DNA from: Myxococcota bacterium
Lineage (GTDB): Bacteria > Myxococcota_A > UBA796 > CAJQPC01
NCBI GenBank assembly: GCA_036229005.1
Contig: JAZAMN010000026.1
Coordinates: 1 to 32,867 of the forward strand
Direction of reading: 5' to 3'
DNA length: 32,867 nt
Both the position numbers and the translations under genes were made by a program. Positions 16,760-25,892 of the stretch are shown here, piece by piece (position 1 is the stretch's first letter; each line of letters begins with the position of its first letter). The notes beneath the pieces are model-generated. The model ran no database searches and was not told where the DNA came from. It worked only from the letters and a program-made list of their open reading frames with translations.

Positions 16760-19303
16760 ATGCTCTGGCTGCTCGCCACCGCCGCCCTCGCCGCCGACCC
16801 CATCCTCCTGACCCAGACCCCCGTGGTCGGAGACGGGGAGCAGACCGCCGTCGTGCTGGTGCAGGTCCCCGGCCTGCAGGAGAGCGACCGGGTGCGCCTG
16901 AGCCCCAGCCAGGGAGAGGTGCTCGAGGTCTCCCGCCAGGGCGAACTGTTGGCCCTCACGCTGCGCCCGCCCACGGCCCGCCGCCAGGGCGACGACATGC
17001 CCATCGAGCTCAAGGTGCGCGGCTCCATGAAGCTCAACGCCGAGCTCGCCGTGCCCCTCGCGCAGCCCACCCGCGGCAGCCTCAACCTCCAGGCCGAGTC
17101 CACCACCTGGAAGCCCGGGGACCGCGCCCGCCGCGAGATCACCATCACCCCCGGCGGCACCCACAGCCTGCCCGTGGGCGCCCGCGAGATCGCGCTGCGG
17201 GCCAGCCAGGGCAGCATCAGCGCCGCCACCCCAAACGACGACGGCACCTGGACCGCCACCTGGACCCCGCCCTCCCGCGGCAACGGCGAGTCCGAGGTCC
17301 TCATCGTCGCCACCGATCTCTCCGCCCCGGAGACCCTGGTCGGCATGCTTCGCGTTGGGGTCCAAGGTTCCGAGGACGGCAAGGCCCCTGTGCTCGTCGC
17401 CCCCACAGCCCAGCGGGTCCAGGCCGGTCAGAGCCTCCGCGTCTGGGTCGCAGCGCCCCAGTCCCAGGCCAGCGTCGGGGAGCTCTCCCTGGAGAGTGAG
17501 GGGGTTGGCTTTCGCAGCGCCGTCCTCACCGCCCCGGACTCGGTGGGCACCTGGAGCCTCAAGGTCAGCGGTGACGCAGACGAGGACACCCTGAGCCTGC
17601 GCGTGGACGCCCCCGCCATGCCCGTGCAGCTCCGCACCGACCCGCCGCTGCTCGGCGCGGACACCCGCTCGCTCAGCGCCATCGCGACCGTCTCCGGTGG
17701 GGACCGCACGGCAGCCTCCAGCCTGCGCTGGAGCGTCGAGGGCGCCAAGGTCAACGGCAGCCCCAAGGTCTCCAGCGGCCAGGCCACCCAGGGCGTCCGC
17801 GTGGCCTCCAACTCCAAGCAGGTGCTGATCACGACGGCCATGAGGCGCTACGACGCTGGGTTGCCCACCGCCCGGCTGGTCGCGTGGAGCCCCAACCAGG
17901 CGCTGCCCAACGACGGCAAGAGCGAGGGCACACTGGTCGTGGTCGCGGTGGACGCCCTGGGCAACCCCGTCGCGAACGTGGACCTCAAGCTGCGGGCCCC
18001 CATCGGGGACGCCCGGATCAAGCCCACCGCGCGCACCGACAGCCGGGGAATCGCCCTGGTCAGCGTCGGCGCGGGTCTCCAGCAGGGGCCCGTCCGAGTG
18101 GTGGCCGAGACCGCCCAGGGCCTGGAGACCGAGCTCATCTTCTGGCAGGGGGCGGGCGCGCCGAGCCTCCCCGAGGCCGGCGGGAAGGACCAGCAGGACG
18201 CCAGCGCGCTGGTGCGGGCGCAGGTCCCGGTGCTGATGCTCCCGCGCATCGAGGGCAGCGTCGGCAAGCCCGCCACGGTGTTGGTCCAGGCCAACCCCCA
18301 GTACACGACCCCCGGCGCCGCCGTGCTGGTGTCCCTGCGGATCCAGGACGACCAGGGCCTGCCGGTGGTGGGGGTCAAGCCCCGCATCGAGCCCTCCGTG
18401 GGCAGCGTGGGCCCGGTCACGGACAACGGCGACGGCTCCTACCTGGTGCCGGTGCAGCTCCCGCCCGGCGTCGACGGCCCCCTCAGCCTGAGCGTCAGCG
18501 CCGAGAGTGCCCAGGCCAGCCTCAACGTGCCCACCCTCCAGTCCCTCGGTGGCCTCGCCGCCCTCAACCCGGACGGCAGCACCTCCACCCCCGAGCCTGA
18601 GGGCCGCCCGGAGCGCACACCCCGCGGACCTGGGGGAGCGCCCATGGCCACCCTGCGCCTCCACGCCGTGGACCAGAGCTACGCCGCTCAGCAGAGCAGC
18701 TCGGGCACGGCCGGCGTCCCGCTGGGGGCCTCCTTCAACAACAGCTTCCCCCTGGGCGCACCCGGCCTCGCCCTGCAGGCCTCCGTCTTCCCAACCAAGG
18801 GCAGCGTCGGCGTGGACTTCCGAAGCCAGTTGGCGGTCAACCGCATCTCCCTGGGTGCCGGCCCCACGCAGGAGGTCGCCTGGGACACCCTCTACCCGAC
18901 CATGCTCGGCGTCCGGTACCGCACCCTGGATGGCCCCGTGCGGGTGGGAGGCGGCGCCTGGCTCCACGCCCACGACGCCCCGGTGTTCGTCTACGGCAGC
19001 GATCTCAAGAGCTCGGCCGTCATCCAGCAGGAGCGCCTCCTCGCCGCGCGCCTTGGAGCCGTGCTCGAGGTGGACACCTCCATGGTGGGCCTCGAGCTGC
19101 TCGTCGCCGAGAGCTTCGGCCCGCTCCCCCAGGCCACCCACGGCAGCCTCTCGCTGGACCTCAAGGTGCTCCCGGGCCCGGCCTTCCTGAGCCTGGGCGG
19201 CGCCGCAGACCTCCAGCACACCCAGCTTGACATCGACGGCGAAGCGGTCACCCTGCGCTCCCAGGCCTACGCGGCCCGCGTGGGCGTCGGCGCCAGCTTC
19301 TGA
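16760..19303 (+). CDS. Large secreted/outer-membrane protein with invasin-like Ig (Big_1) repeats and probable C-terminal beta-barrel
   Basis: MLWLLATAALA signal; NDDGTWTATWT, DNGDGSYLV, ALPNDGKSEGTLVVVAVDALGNPV; terminal beta-signal-like ARVGVGASF. Confidence 0.7.
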   Translation: MLWLLATAALAADPILLTQTPVVGDGEQTAVVLVQVPGLQESDRVRLSPSQGEVLEVSRQGELLALTLRPPTARRQGDDMPIELKVRGSMKLNAELAVPLAQPTRGSLNLQAESTTWKPGDRARREITITPGGTHSLPVGAREIALRASQGSISAATPNDDGTWTATWTPPSRGNGESEVLIVATDLSAPETLVGMLRVGVQGSEDGKAPVLVAPTAQRVQAGQSLRVWVAAPQSQASVGELSLESEGVGFRSAVLTAPDSVGTWSLKVSGDADEDTLSLRVDAPAMPVQLRTDPPLLGADTRSLSAIATVSGGDRTAASSLRWSVEGAKVNGSPKVSSGQATQGVRVASNSKQVLITTAMRRYDAGLPTARLVAWSPNQALPNDGKSEGTLVVVAVDALGNPVANVDLKLRAPIGDARIKPTARTDSRGIALVSVGAGLQQGPVRVVAETAQGLETELIFWQGAGAPSLPEAGGKDQQDASALVRAQVPVLMLPRIEGSVGKPATVLVQANPQYTTPGAAVLVSLRIQDDQGLPVVGVKPRIEPSVGSVGPVTDNGDGSYLVPVQLPPGVDGPLSLSVSAESAQASLNVPTLQSLGGLAALNPDGSTSTPEPEGRPERTPRGPGGAPMATLRLHAVDQSYAAQQSSSGTAGVPLGASFNNSFPLGAPGLALQASVFPTKGSVGVDFRSQLAVNRISLGAGPTQEVAWDTLYPTMLGVRYRTLDGPVRVGGGAWLHAHDAPVFVYGSDLKSSAVIQQERLLAARLGAVLEVDTSMVGLELLVAESFGPLPQATHGSLSLDLKVLPGPAFLSLGGAADLQHTQLDIDGEAVTLRSQAYAARVGVGASF

Positions 19304-19314
19304 TGGAGTCCCTC

Positions 19315-20763
19315 ATGCACAGCACCCGCAGCCTGCTCGCCCTCGGCTCCCTGGTCGGCCTCGCCTCCCTGGGCCTGACCGCCTGCGCGCCCACGCCGGT
19401 GACCTTCGAGTGCCTGGACGACGACCCCCTCTGCTCGCTGGCCGAGAACCTGGAGACGCTGCCCCCCGCCGTGTCCGTGGACATCCAGGCCATCGCCCTC
19501 TACCAGACCGCCGAGAAGGTGCTGATGGAGGACGGCGAGGCGGTCGATGACGGCCTGTCTGTCGCCGAGGGCCGGGACGCTCTGCTGCGCGTCTTCCTGA
19601 GCCCCGCGGACACCTACGAGGAGCGGGATCTGGCTGTCCGCGCCCTGATTTACCAGGGCGAGGACCTGGTGGACGCCGTCATGGTCAAGGAGGCCTTCTT
19701 GGGAGGAGGGGACTGGGACGATCTGGGCTCAACCTTCAACCTGGAGATCCCTGGTCGCAGCATCGGATCGGACTTTGGTCTCGTCGTCGAGGTGCTGGAG
19801 TCCCAGGGTGAAGTCAGCTTCCCCGGCATCCAGGGCCTGAACACCTGGCCCGAGGAGGGCTGGGCCGCTGTGGAGACCACCCGGACCGGTCCGCTGCGCA
19901 TCCTCATGGTCCCCATCCAGTACGACGCCGACGGCTCCGGGCGGCTCCCCAACACCTCGGACGAGGAGATGGACCGCTTCGCCGCCGACTTCTACGCGCA
20001 CTACCCGGCCACCGAGGTCGAGATCGAGGTCACCGAGCCCTACTCGACCGCAAACGGCATCCGAAACGGGGGCTTCTCGGGCCTGCTGAACGAGGTCACC
20101 GCCCAGCGTGACGCCCTCGGCGCGGACCCGGACCAGTACGTGTACGGCATCTTCGACCCGGGCTCCGATCCCACCGGCGGCACCGCTGGGCTCTGCTGGG
20201 TGGGCGGCGTGATGGTCTGCATCGGGCTCACCGGTCAGACCGGCACCGCCATCCACGAGGTGGGGCACGCGCACGGCCGCCTGCACTCCCCGGGCTGCGG
20301 CGCGGGGGACCCCGATCCCGCCTACCCGGAGTCCGACGGCACGCTGGGGACCCGTGCATACAACAGCTACCTGGGGACCCTCTACGGCAGCACCGAGGCC
20401 TACGACTTCATGAGCTACTGCGGGCCCACCTTCACCAGCGCCCACACCTGGGAGTCGCTGGTCACCCGCGTGAAGGGCATCAACGACACTCTGGCCAGCT
20501 ACGGCCAGGAGTCCATCGAGTGGCAGATGCTGTTCGTGGACGCTGCTGGGAACAGTGAGCTCGGCGGCCGGAGCTGGTACGCCCAGGCGCCCGCCGGGCA
20601 GGCCGTACACGTCCTGCTCCTGGACGCTGACGGCGTGGTGCTCTCCCGGGCGGACGCGGTCCTCAACGAGCAGGACCACGCCCTGGGCAGCATGCTGCGG
20701 GTGCCGGCCTGGGTGGACCTGGACGGCGTGGAGCGTGTGCAGGTCGTCTCCCTCCAGCAGTAG
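19315..20763 (+). CDS. Metzincin zinc metalloprotease lipoprotein (M66/M12-like); start 19303 or 19315
   Basis: Lipobox GLTAC; HEVGHAHGRLH (HExxHxxGxxH); Met-turn YDFMSYC. Confidence 0.85.
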   Translation: MHSTRSLLALGSLVGLASLGLTACAPTPVTFECLDDDPLCSLAENLETLPPAVSVDIQAIALYQTAEKVLMEDGEAVDDGLSVAEGRDALLRVFLSPADTYEERDLAVRALIYQGEDLVDAVMVKEAFLGGGDWDDLGSTFNLEIPGRSIGSDFGLVVEVLESQGEVSFPGIQGLNTWPEEGWAAVETTRTGPLRILMVPIQYDADGSGRLPNTSDEEMDRFAADFYAHYPATEVEIEVTEPYSTANGIRNGGFSGLLNEVTAQRDALGADPDQYVYGIFDPGSDPTGGTAGLCWVGGVMVCIGLTGQTGTAIHEVGHAHGRLHSPGCGAGDPDPAYPESDGTLGTRAYNSYLGTLYGSTEAYDFMSYCGPTFTSAHTWESLVTRVKGINDTLASYGQESIEWQMLFVDAAGNSELGGRSWYAQAPAGQAVHVLLLDADGVVLSRADAVLNEQDHALGSMLRVPAWVDLDGVERVQVVSLQQ

Positions 20764-20797
20764 GCGGGGGCCCCTGAAAAGGGCGCCTCTGCTGGGC

Positions 20798-22228
20798 TCA
20801 GCGCAGCAGCAGGATGCCCAGCGCTGCAGCCCAACCCGCCACCGCGAGCACCGCGGTGACCACCAGCGGCAACCGAGAGGGGGGCTGAGGCAGCGTGTCC
20901 TCGCTTGGGACGGGATCGACGAGGGGTTCGGGCTCCTGGGGGGTGATGGAGGTGCGCTCCCCGAGCTGGCGAGCCAGGCGGCGCAGCTCCTCCCCCAAGG
21001 CGGGGTCGGGCTGGATCAGCAGCATCGCGCTGGCCCGGGCGGAGGGGATGCGGCCCCTGGCGAGCTCGTAGCGAACCATGGTCGCGACGGCGGCGTCGTG
21101 CTTGTGCCGAGCGGCCACGTTCTCGGGATCGTCCTCCAGCACAGCCTGGTAGCCAAAGCGGCAGGCGCCGAAGAGCTGGTGGACCTCCAGGTCGGTGGCC
21201 TGGGGATCGGTGCTCAGGCGCTGGAACTTCTCGTGACGCTGCTCGGCCTCGTGCAGGACCGTCTTGACCCGTACGGCGTTGGTGGCCTCCATCAGCGCCC
21301 GGTAGAACGCGCCGCCGTCTTCGGGGCGCCGGTAGGGGTCGGTGTGGAGGGCGCTCATGCAGAGCTCTTCGAGCTCCTTGGGCACGCCGCGGGGGAGGGG
21401 ATTCACCTCGCCGACGCGGGCGTTCCGGAGCGCCGTGCCGTTGCCCATGTGGGGCGGTCGGCCCCCCAGGATCTCGTAGAGGCAGGCGCCGAGCATGTAC
21501 ACATCCGTCGCCGCCCGCTGCGCGAGGTGGTTGGCGTGGGCGAGCTCGGGGGGCATGTATGCGGGGGTGCCCACGGGGCCGTCGCTCGCGGGCGCTGGCA
21601 GGCGGGTGGCCAGGCCCCAGTCCATCAGCCACACCTCGCCGTAGTCGCCCAGCAGGACGTTGTCGGGCTTGACGTCGCGGTGGAGGATGCCCCGGTCGTG
21701 GGCCAGCGCGAGCACCTGGCTGATGCGGCCCAGGATGTACAGGGAGTCCCGCAGTTCAGCCCACGCCAGGCCGATCTCATCCCGCTGGCGCAGGTCATCG
21801 CCCCAGGTGCGCCCCTGGACGCGACGCATCACCAGCAGAGGCATGCCGCGGCTGTCGGCCCCCAGGTCGTACACCGGGATGACGCTGGGGTGCTCCAGCT
21901 CGGCGGCGATCAGGGCCTCCTGGCGCAGCGCCTTGACCCCGCTCTGCTTGAGGGGGCGCTTGACGGCGACCTCTCGCGCCAGGGACTGCTGAACGCCCAG
22001 CAGCACCTCGCCCATGCCACCCCGCCCCAACGGAGGCCCGAGCGAGAGCCCGACGAGCTCGGGGAGGGGGCCTCGATGCTGAGCGCGCGCGCGCTCCACG
22101 GTGGGCCCATCGAGGGTGTAGGTGTTCTCCCCCCCCGAGGACAGACCCATGGACGACTCGACCTCCAGGCCGAGCTGCGCCAGACGAGCCAGCGCTTCCC
22201 GCTGACTGCGCTTGTCCTTCGTGCTCAC
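20798..22228 (-). CDS. Hanks-type Ser/Thr protein kinase with C-terminal membrane anchor
   Basis: LGRGGMGEV, VAVK, HRDVKPDN, DWG, GTPAYMPPE, DVYMLG; C-terminal hydrophobic helix. Confidence 0.92.
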   Translation of the reverse strand: MSTKDKRSQREALARLAQLGLEVESSMGLSSGGENTYTLDGPTVERARAQHRGPLPELVGLSLGPPLGRGGMGEVLLGVQQSLAREVAVKRPLKQSGVKALRQEALIAAELEHPSVIPVYDLGADSRGMPLLVMRRVQGRTWGDDLRQRDEIGLAWAELRDSLYILGRISQVLALAHDRGILHRDVKPDNVLLGDYGEVWLMDWGLATRLPAPASDGPVGTPAYMPPELAHANHLAQRAATDVYMLGACLYEILGGRPPHMGNGTALRNARVGEVNPLPRGVPKELEELCMSALHTDPYRRPEDGGAFYRALMEATNAVRVKTVLHEAEQRHEKFQRLSTDPQATDLEVHQLFGACRFGYQAVLEDDPENVAARHKHDAAVATMVRYELARGRIPSARASAMLLIQPDPALGEELRRLARQLGERTSITPQEPEPLVDPVPSEDTLPQPPSRLPLVVTAVLAVAGWAAALGILLLR

Positions 22229-22313
22229 GGTCAGAGTCTACCCCGTCTGGGGCCACCAGACCTTGCCCGAGTGGCCCTGTAAGATAGGATGGGGCGCCTC
22301 CCAGGGAGACCCC

Positions 22314-23177
22314 ATGCCGTCCGAGCGTGAACTTGACGAGCTCGTCGAGGCCATCGCAGCCCGTGTCCAGCAGCGTCTTGAGCAGGCTCAGCAGCAGCAG
22401 AGCGTGCCGCCTCTCCAGTCCGTACGGGGGAGCTGGCAGGATCACAGCGCTCAGAGCCTGGAGCAGCGCGGAATCGCGCGCATCGGCAGCGACGGGCAGC
22501 CCCCGGCGGGTGGGCAGGGCCTGAACCGCTACATCGATCACACCAACCTCAAGCCGACCGCGACCCGGGCGGACATCCTCAAGACCTGTCAGGAGGCGCG
22601 GGAGTACAGCTTCGCGTCGGTCTGCGTGAACAGCGTCTGGATCGCCATGGTCGCGCGGGAGCTCCGGGGCACGTCGGTGATGCCCATCTGTGTCGTCGGC
22701 TTCCCCCTCGGGGCGGCCATGACGGAGGCCAAGGCGGCGGAGACCCGGGCGGCGGTGGCCGCAGGCGCCGAAGAGATCGACATGGTCATCAACATCGGCT
22801 CCCTCAAGTCGGGCGACCATGACCTGGTGCTGCGCGATATCGAGGCGGTCGTCCGCGCCGCCCAGGGCCGGCCGGTCAAGGTCATCCTGGAGACCTCGAT
22901 GCTGGAGCGGGACGAGAAGATCGCCGGCTGCGCGCTTTCCAAGGCGGGTGGCGCTGCCTTCGTCAAGACCTCCACCGGCTTCGGTGGGGGGGGCGCCACG
23001 GTCGACGACATCGCCCTGATGCGGCAAGTGGTCGGCCCGGAGATGGGCGTCAAGGCCTCGGGCGGGGTCCGGACCGCACAGGACGCTGAGAATATGATCA
23101 AGGCGGGGGCCACCCGGCTCGGTGCCTCGGCCAGCGTCGCCATCGTCACCGGCGGCACCGGCAAGGGCAGCTACTGA
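22314..23177 (+). CDS. deoC: 2-deoxyribose-5-phosphate aldolase with ~68-aa N-terminal extension
   Basis: YIDHTNLKP, SVCVN, VVGFPLG, EIDMVINIG, KVILET, FVKTSTGF (Schiff-base Lys), VKASGGVR, GATRLGAS; GGGAG SD before ATG 22314. Confidence 0.96.
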   Translation: MPSERELDELVEAIAARVQQRLEQAQQQQSVPPLQSVRGSWQDHSAQSLEQRGIARIGSDGQPPAGGQGLNRYIDHTNLKPTATRADILKTCQEAREYSFASVCVNSVWIAMVARELRGTSVMPICVVGFPLGAAMTEAKAAETRAAVAAGAEEIDMVINIGSLKSGDHDLVLRDIEAVVRAAQGRPVKVILETSMLERDEKIAGCALSKAGGAAFVKTSTGFGGGGATVDDIALMRQVVGPEMGVKASGGVRTAQDAENMIKAGATRLGASASVAIVTGGTGKGSY

Positions 23178-24388
23178 TGCACATCCAGACCTTCCTTGAA
23201 GAGAAGCGCGAGGGCCAAGAGCACAGCGCCGCGGACATCCAAGCGTTCATCAAGGGGGTCGTCGACGGGAGCATCACCCGCGCCCAGGCCGCCGCCTGGC
23301 TGGCCTTCGTCAACGTCCGGGGCATGAGCGACCGGGAGACCACGACGCTCACCCAGGCCATGACCGACTCCGGCCGCGTGCTGGCCTGGCCCGGCCTCTC
23401 CGGCCCCTTCGTGGACAAGCACAGCACCGGCGGGGTGGGGGACAAGATCTCCCTCATCCTGGCGCCGGTCTGGGCCGCGATGGGCATGCGTGTCCCCATG
23501 ATCAGCGGCCGCGGCCTGGGCATCACCGGCGGCACCCTCGACAAGCTCGAAGCGATCGACGGATACCGCACCACCCTCAGCCCCGAAGAGCTGCGCCTCG
23601 TCCTGGCCGAGGCCGGTTGCTTCATCAACGGGCAGACCGGGGAGCTCGCGCCGGCAGATCGCTTCCTGTACGCGCTGAGGGATGAGACAGCCACCGTCCC
23701 CTCCATCCCCCTCATCACCGCCTCCATCCTCTCCAAGAAGCTGGCCGAGGGCCTGGACCGCCTGGTCCTCGACGTCAAGTGCGGCTCAGGCGCCTTCATG
23801 CGCACCCGCACCAGCGCCCGCAAGCTCGCTGACAGCCTCGTGCGGGTAGGGCGGTCGGCTGGCCTCCAGGTCGAGTCGGTGATCTCCGACATGTCCCAGC
23901 CCCTTGGCCTCGCCGTCGGAAACGCGGTCGAGGTCCAGGAGTCCATCGACGTCCTCAAGGGCGGCGGGCCAGACGATGTCCGCAAGCTCGTCCTCAGCCT
24001 CTCCGGCGACCCCGAGGCCGCCAAGGTGGTCATCCGGGATGGCAGCGCCTACGAGCGCTTCGAGCGCATGGTCCACGCCCAGGGCGGCGACCTGGCCAAG
24101 CCGCTGCTGGGTGGCAAGGTCCAGGAGGAGGTCGTCTTGGCTGGTCGCAGTGGCCGCGTGGAGCGCTGTGATGCCCTCGGTATCGGGCAGGCCGCCTTCC
24201 TGCTGGGAGCAGGTCGGGTCAAGGCCAGCGACGATGTCCACCCTGGCGTCGGTGTCTTGCTCACCGCCAAGCGGGGCGACATGGTCGAAGCCGGCCAGCC
24301 CCTGGCCCGTCTGCTCCACGCAGAGGGGCACGGCCTCCATGACGCCCTCGATGAGGTGCGCTCCGCCATCGAGATCAAGGAGATCTGA
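23177..24388 (+). CDS. pdp: Pyrimidine-nucleoside/thymidine phosphorylase
   Basis: DKHSTGGVGDK, PMISGRGLGITGGTLDKLE, YALRD, SILSKK, LDVKCGSGAFM; start overlaps the deoC stop. Confidence 0.95.
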   Translation: MHIQTFLEEKREGQEHSAADIQAFIKGVVDGSITRAQAAAWLAFVNVRGMSDRETTTLTQAMTDSGRVLAWPGLSGPFVDKHSTGGVGDKISLILAPVWAAMGMRVPMISGRGLGITGGTLDKLEAIDGYRTTLSPEELRLVLAEAGCFINGQTGELAPADRFLYALRDETATVPSIPLITASILSKKLAEGLDRLVLDVKCGSGAFMRTRTSARKLADSLVRVGRSAGLQVESVISDMSQPLGLAVGNAVEVQESIDVLKGGGPDDVRKLVLSLSGDPEAAKVVIRDGSAYERFERMVHAQGGDLAKPLLGGKVQEEVVLAGRSGRVERCDALGIGQAAFLLGAGRVKASDDVHPGVGVLLTAKRGDMVEAGQPLARLLHAEGHGLHDALDEVRSAIEIKEI

Positions 24389-25858
24389 GTGCTGACCCTG
24401 ACCTGGCTGACCTCCACCGTGTTGGCCGCCCCCGGCAGCGCGCCCGTCGAGAGCGGCAGCTCCTTCCTGGAGCGCTCCGTCAGCTTCATCGGCATCTTCG
24501 TGATGGTCGGCATCGCCTGGCTGATGTCCGAGAACCGCAAGGCCATCAAGTGGCGCCCGGTGCTGTGGGGCATCGGCCTGCAGCTCGTGTTCGCGCTGCT
24601 CGTGCTCAGCCCCTTCCTGCAGGACTTCTTCTTCAACGTGGTCGACGGCGGCGTCAAGCAGCTCCTCTCCTTCGCGGAGGCCGGCGCCAACTTCGTCTTC
24701 CAGTCCGTGCAGCCCCACCAGATCCTGGACGGCGGCGGCGACGCCGAGTTCGTGGTCGGGCGCATCAGCCCGCCGGTCAAGACCTTCGCGTTCTGGATCC
24801 TCCCCACCATCGTCTTCTTCTCGTCCCTGATGAGCGTGCTGTACCACCTCGGCGTCATGCAGGTGCTCATCCGCGGTATCTCCTGGGTCATGCAGCGCAC
24901 CATGGGGACCTCCGGCTCCGAGTCCCTGGCCGCCGCCTCCAACATCTTCGTCGGCCAGACCGAGGCCCCCCTCGTCATCAAGCCCTACGTCGACAGCATG
25001 ACCCGCTCGGAGCTGCACGCCCTGATGACCGGTGGCTTTGCGACCGTCGCGGGTGGCGTCCTGGCCGCATACGTCGGCTTCCTCGGGGGCATCGAGGGCA
25101 TCGCCGGACACCTCGTCGCGGCCTCCATCATGTCCGCGCCCGCCGCGCTCGCCATCTCCAAGGTCGTCGTCCCCGAGACCCAGGAATCGCCCACCGCCGG
25201 CGAGATCAAGCACCACGTCGACAAGGCCGCCGGGAACGTCCTCGAGGCCGCAGCCAATGGAGCCGCCGAGGGCGTCAAGCTCGCCATCAACGTCGCCGCC
25301 ATGCTCATCGCCTTCGTGGGCCTGGTCACCATGTTCGACTGGAGCCTCACCCTCATCCCCGTGGCCTTCACCGACACCGGCGCCGCCTTTGGTTGGGCCC
25401 TGGGCGCCGATGAGGCCGCCGCCATCGCCGAAGCTGGAGAGACCGTCGGGCGCATGAAGGTCGTCGGCGCAGAGCCCCTGACCCTCTCCCGCCTGCTCGG
25501 CTGGCTCTTCTTCCCCATCGCCCTGGCCATGGGCGTTCCCTGGCACGAGGCGGGCCTCGTCGGCACTCTGCTCGGCGAGAAGATCGTCCTCACCGAGTTC
25601 CTCGCCTACATCCACCTCGGCGAGCTCACCAACCCCGAGAACCCCCAGCTCTCCCAGCGCTCCGCCATCATCGCCAGCTACGCCCTCTGTGGCTTCGCGA
25701 ACTTCGCGTCCATCGGCATCCAGCTCGGTGGTATCGGCGGTCTGATGAAGCGGGAGGATGGGATGAGGGAGCTGTCGTCCCTGGCCCTGCGGGCCATGGC
25801 CGCGGGATCGCTCGCAGCCTTCATGACCGGGACGATCGCCGGAATCCTGTTGGGCTGA
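24389..25858 (+). CDS. nupC: Concentrative nucleoside transporter (CNT/NupC family)
   Basis: SENRKAIKWR, FAFWILPTIVFFSSL, NIFVGQTEAP, GGFATVAGG, NVAAMLIAF, YALCGFANFASIGIQLGG. Confidence 0.93.
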   Translation: MLTLTWLTSTVLAAPGSAPVESGSSFLERSVSFIGIFVMVGIAWLMSENRKAIKWRPVLWGIGLQLVFALLVLSPFLQDFFFNVVDGGVKQLLSFAEAGANFVFQSVQPHQILDGGGDAEFVVGRISPPVKTFAFWILPTIVFFSSLMSVLYHLGVMQVLIRGISWVMQRTMGTSGSESLAAASNIFVGQTEAPLVIKPYVDSMTRSELHALMTGGFATVAGGVLAAYVGFLGGIEGIAGHLVAASIMSAPAALAISKVVVPETQESPTAGEIKHHVDKAAGNVLEAAANGAAEGVKLAINVAAMLIAFVGLVTMFDWSLTLIPVAFTDTGAAFGWALGADEAAAIAEAGETVGRMKVVGAEPLTLSRLLGWLFFPIALAMGVPWHEAGLVGTLLGEKIVLTEFLAYIHLGELTNPENPQLSQRSAIIASYALCGFANFASIGIQLGGIGGLMKREDGMRELSSLALRAMAAGSLAAFMTGTIAGILLG

Positions 25859-25892
25859 GCGGCGCAGGCGAGGTCACCCTGGCGTAGACGGC

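Noticed and set aside
16642..17406. N-terminal 255-aa extension of the histidine kinase in the ORF track
   Set aside because: Overlaps the plus-strand Ig-repeat gene, has low-complexity Arg/Ser composition, and a -10 box sits 7 nt before ATG 16641.
15229..19219. Long antisense/alternative-frame ORFs (e.g. 15229-17499, 16331-19219; likewise 5314-7413, 13094-15334, 23786-25615, 28398-30146)
   Set aside because: Shadow ORFs typical of high-GC codon bias, lying opposite or within genes with clear family motifs.
21610..21630. DWG instead of DFG in the second kinase as a sign of a pseudokinase
   Set aside because: DWG is a common variant in bacterial Hanks kinases; the catalytic Lys, HRD and Asn are intact.
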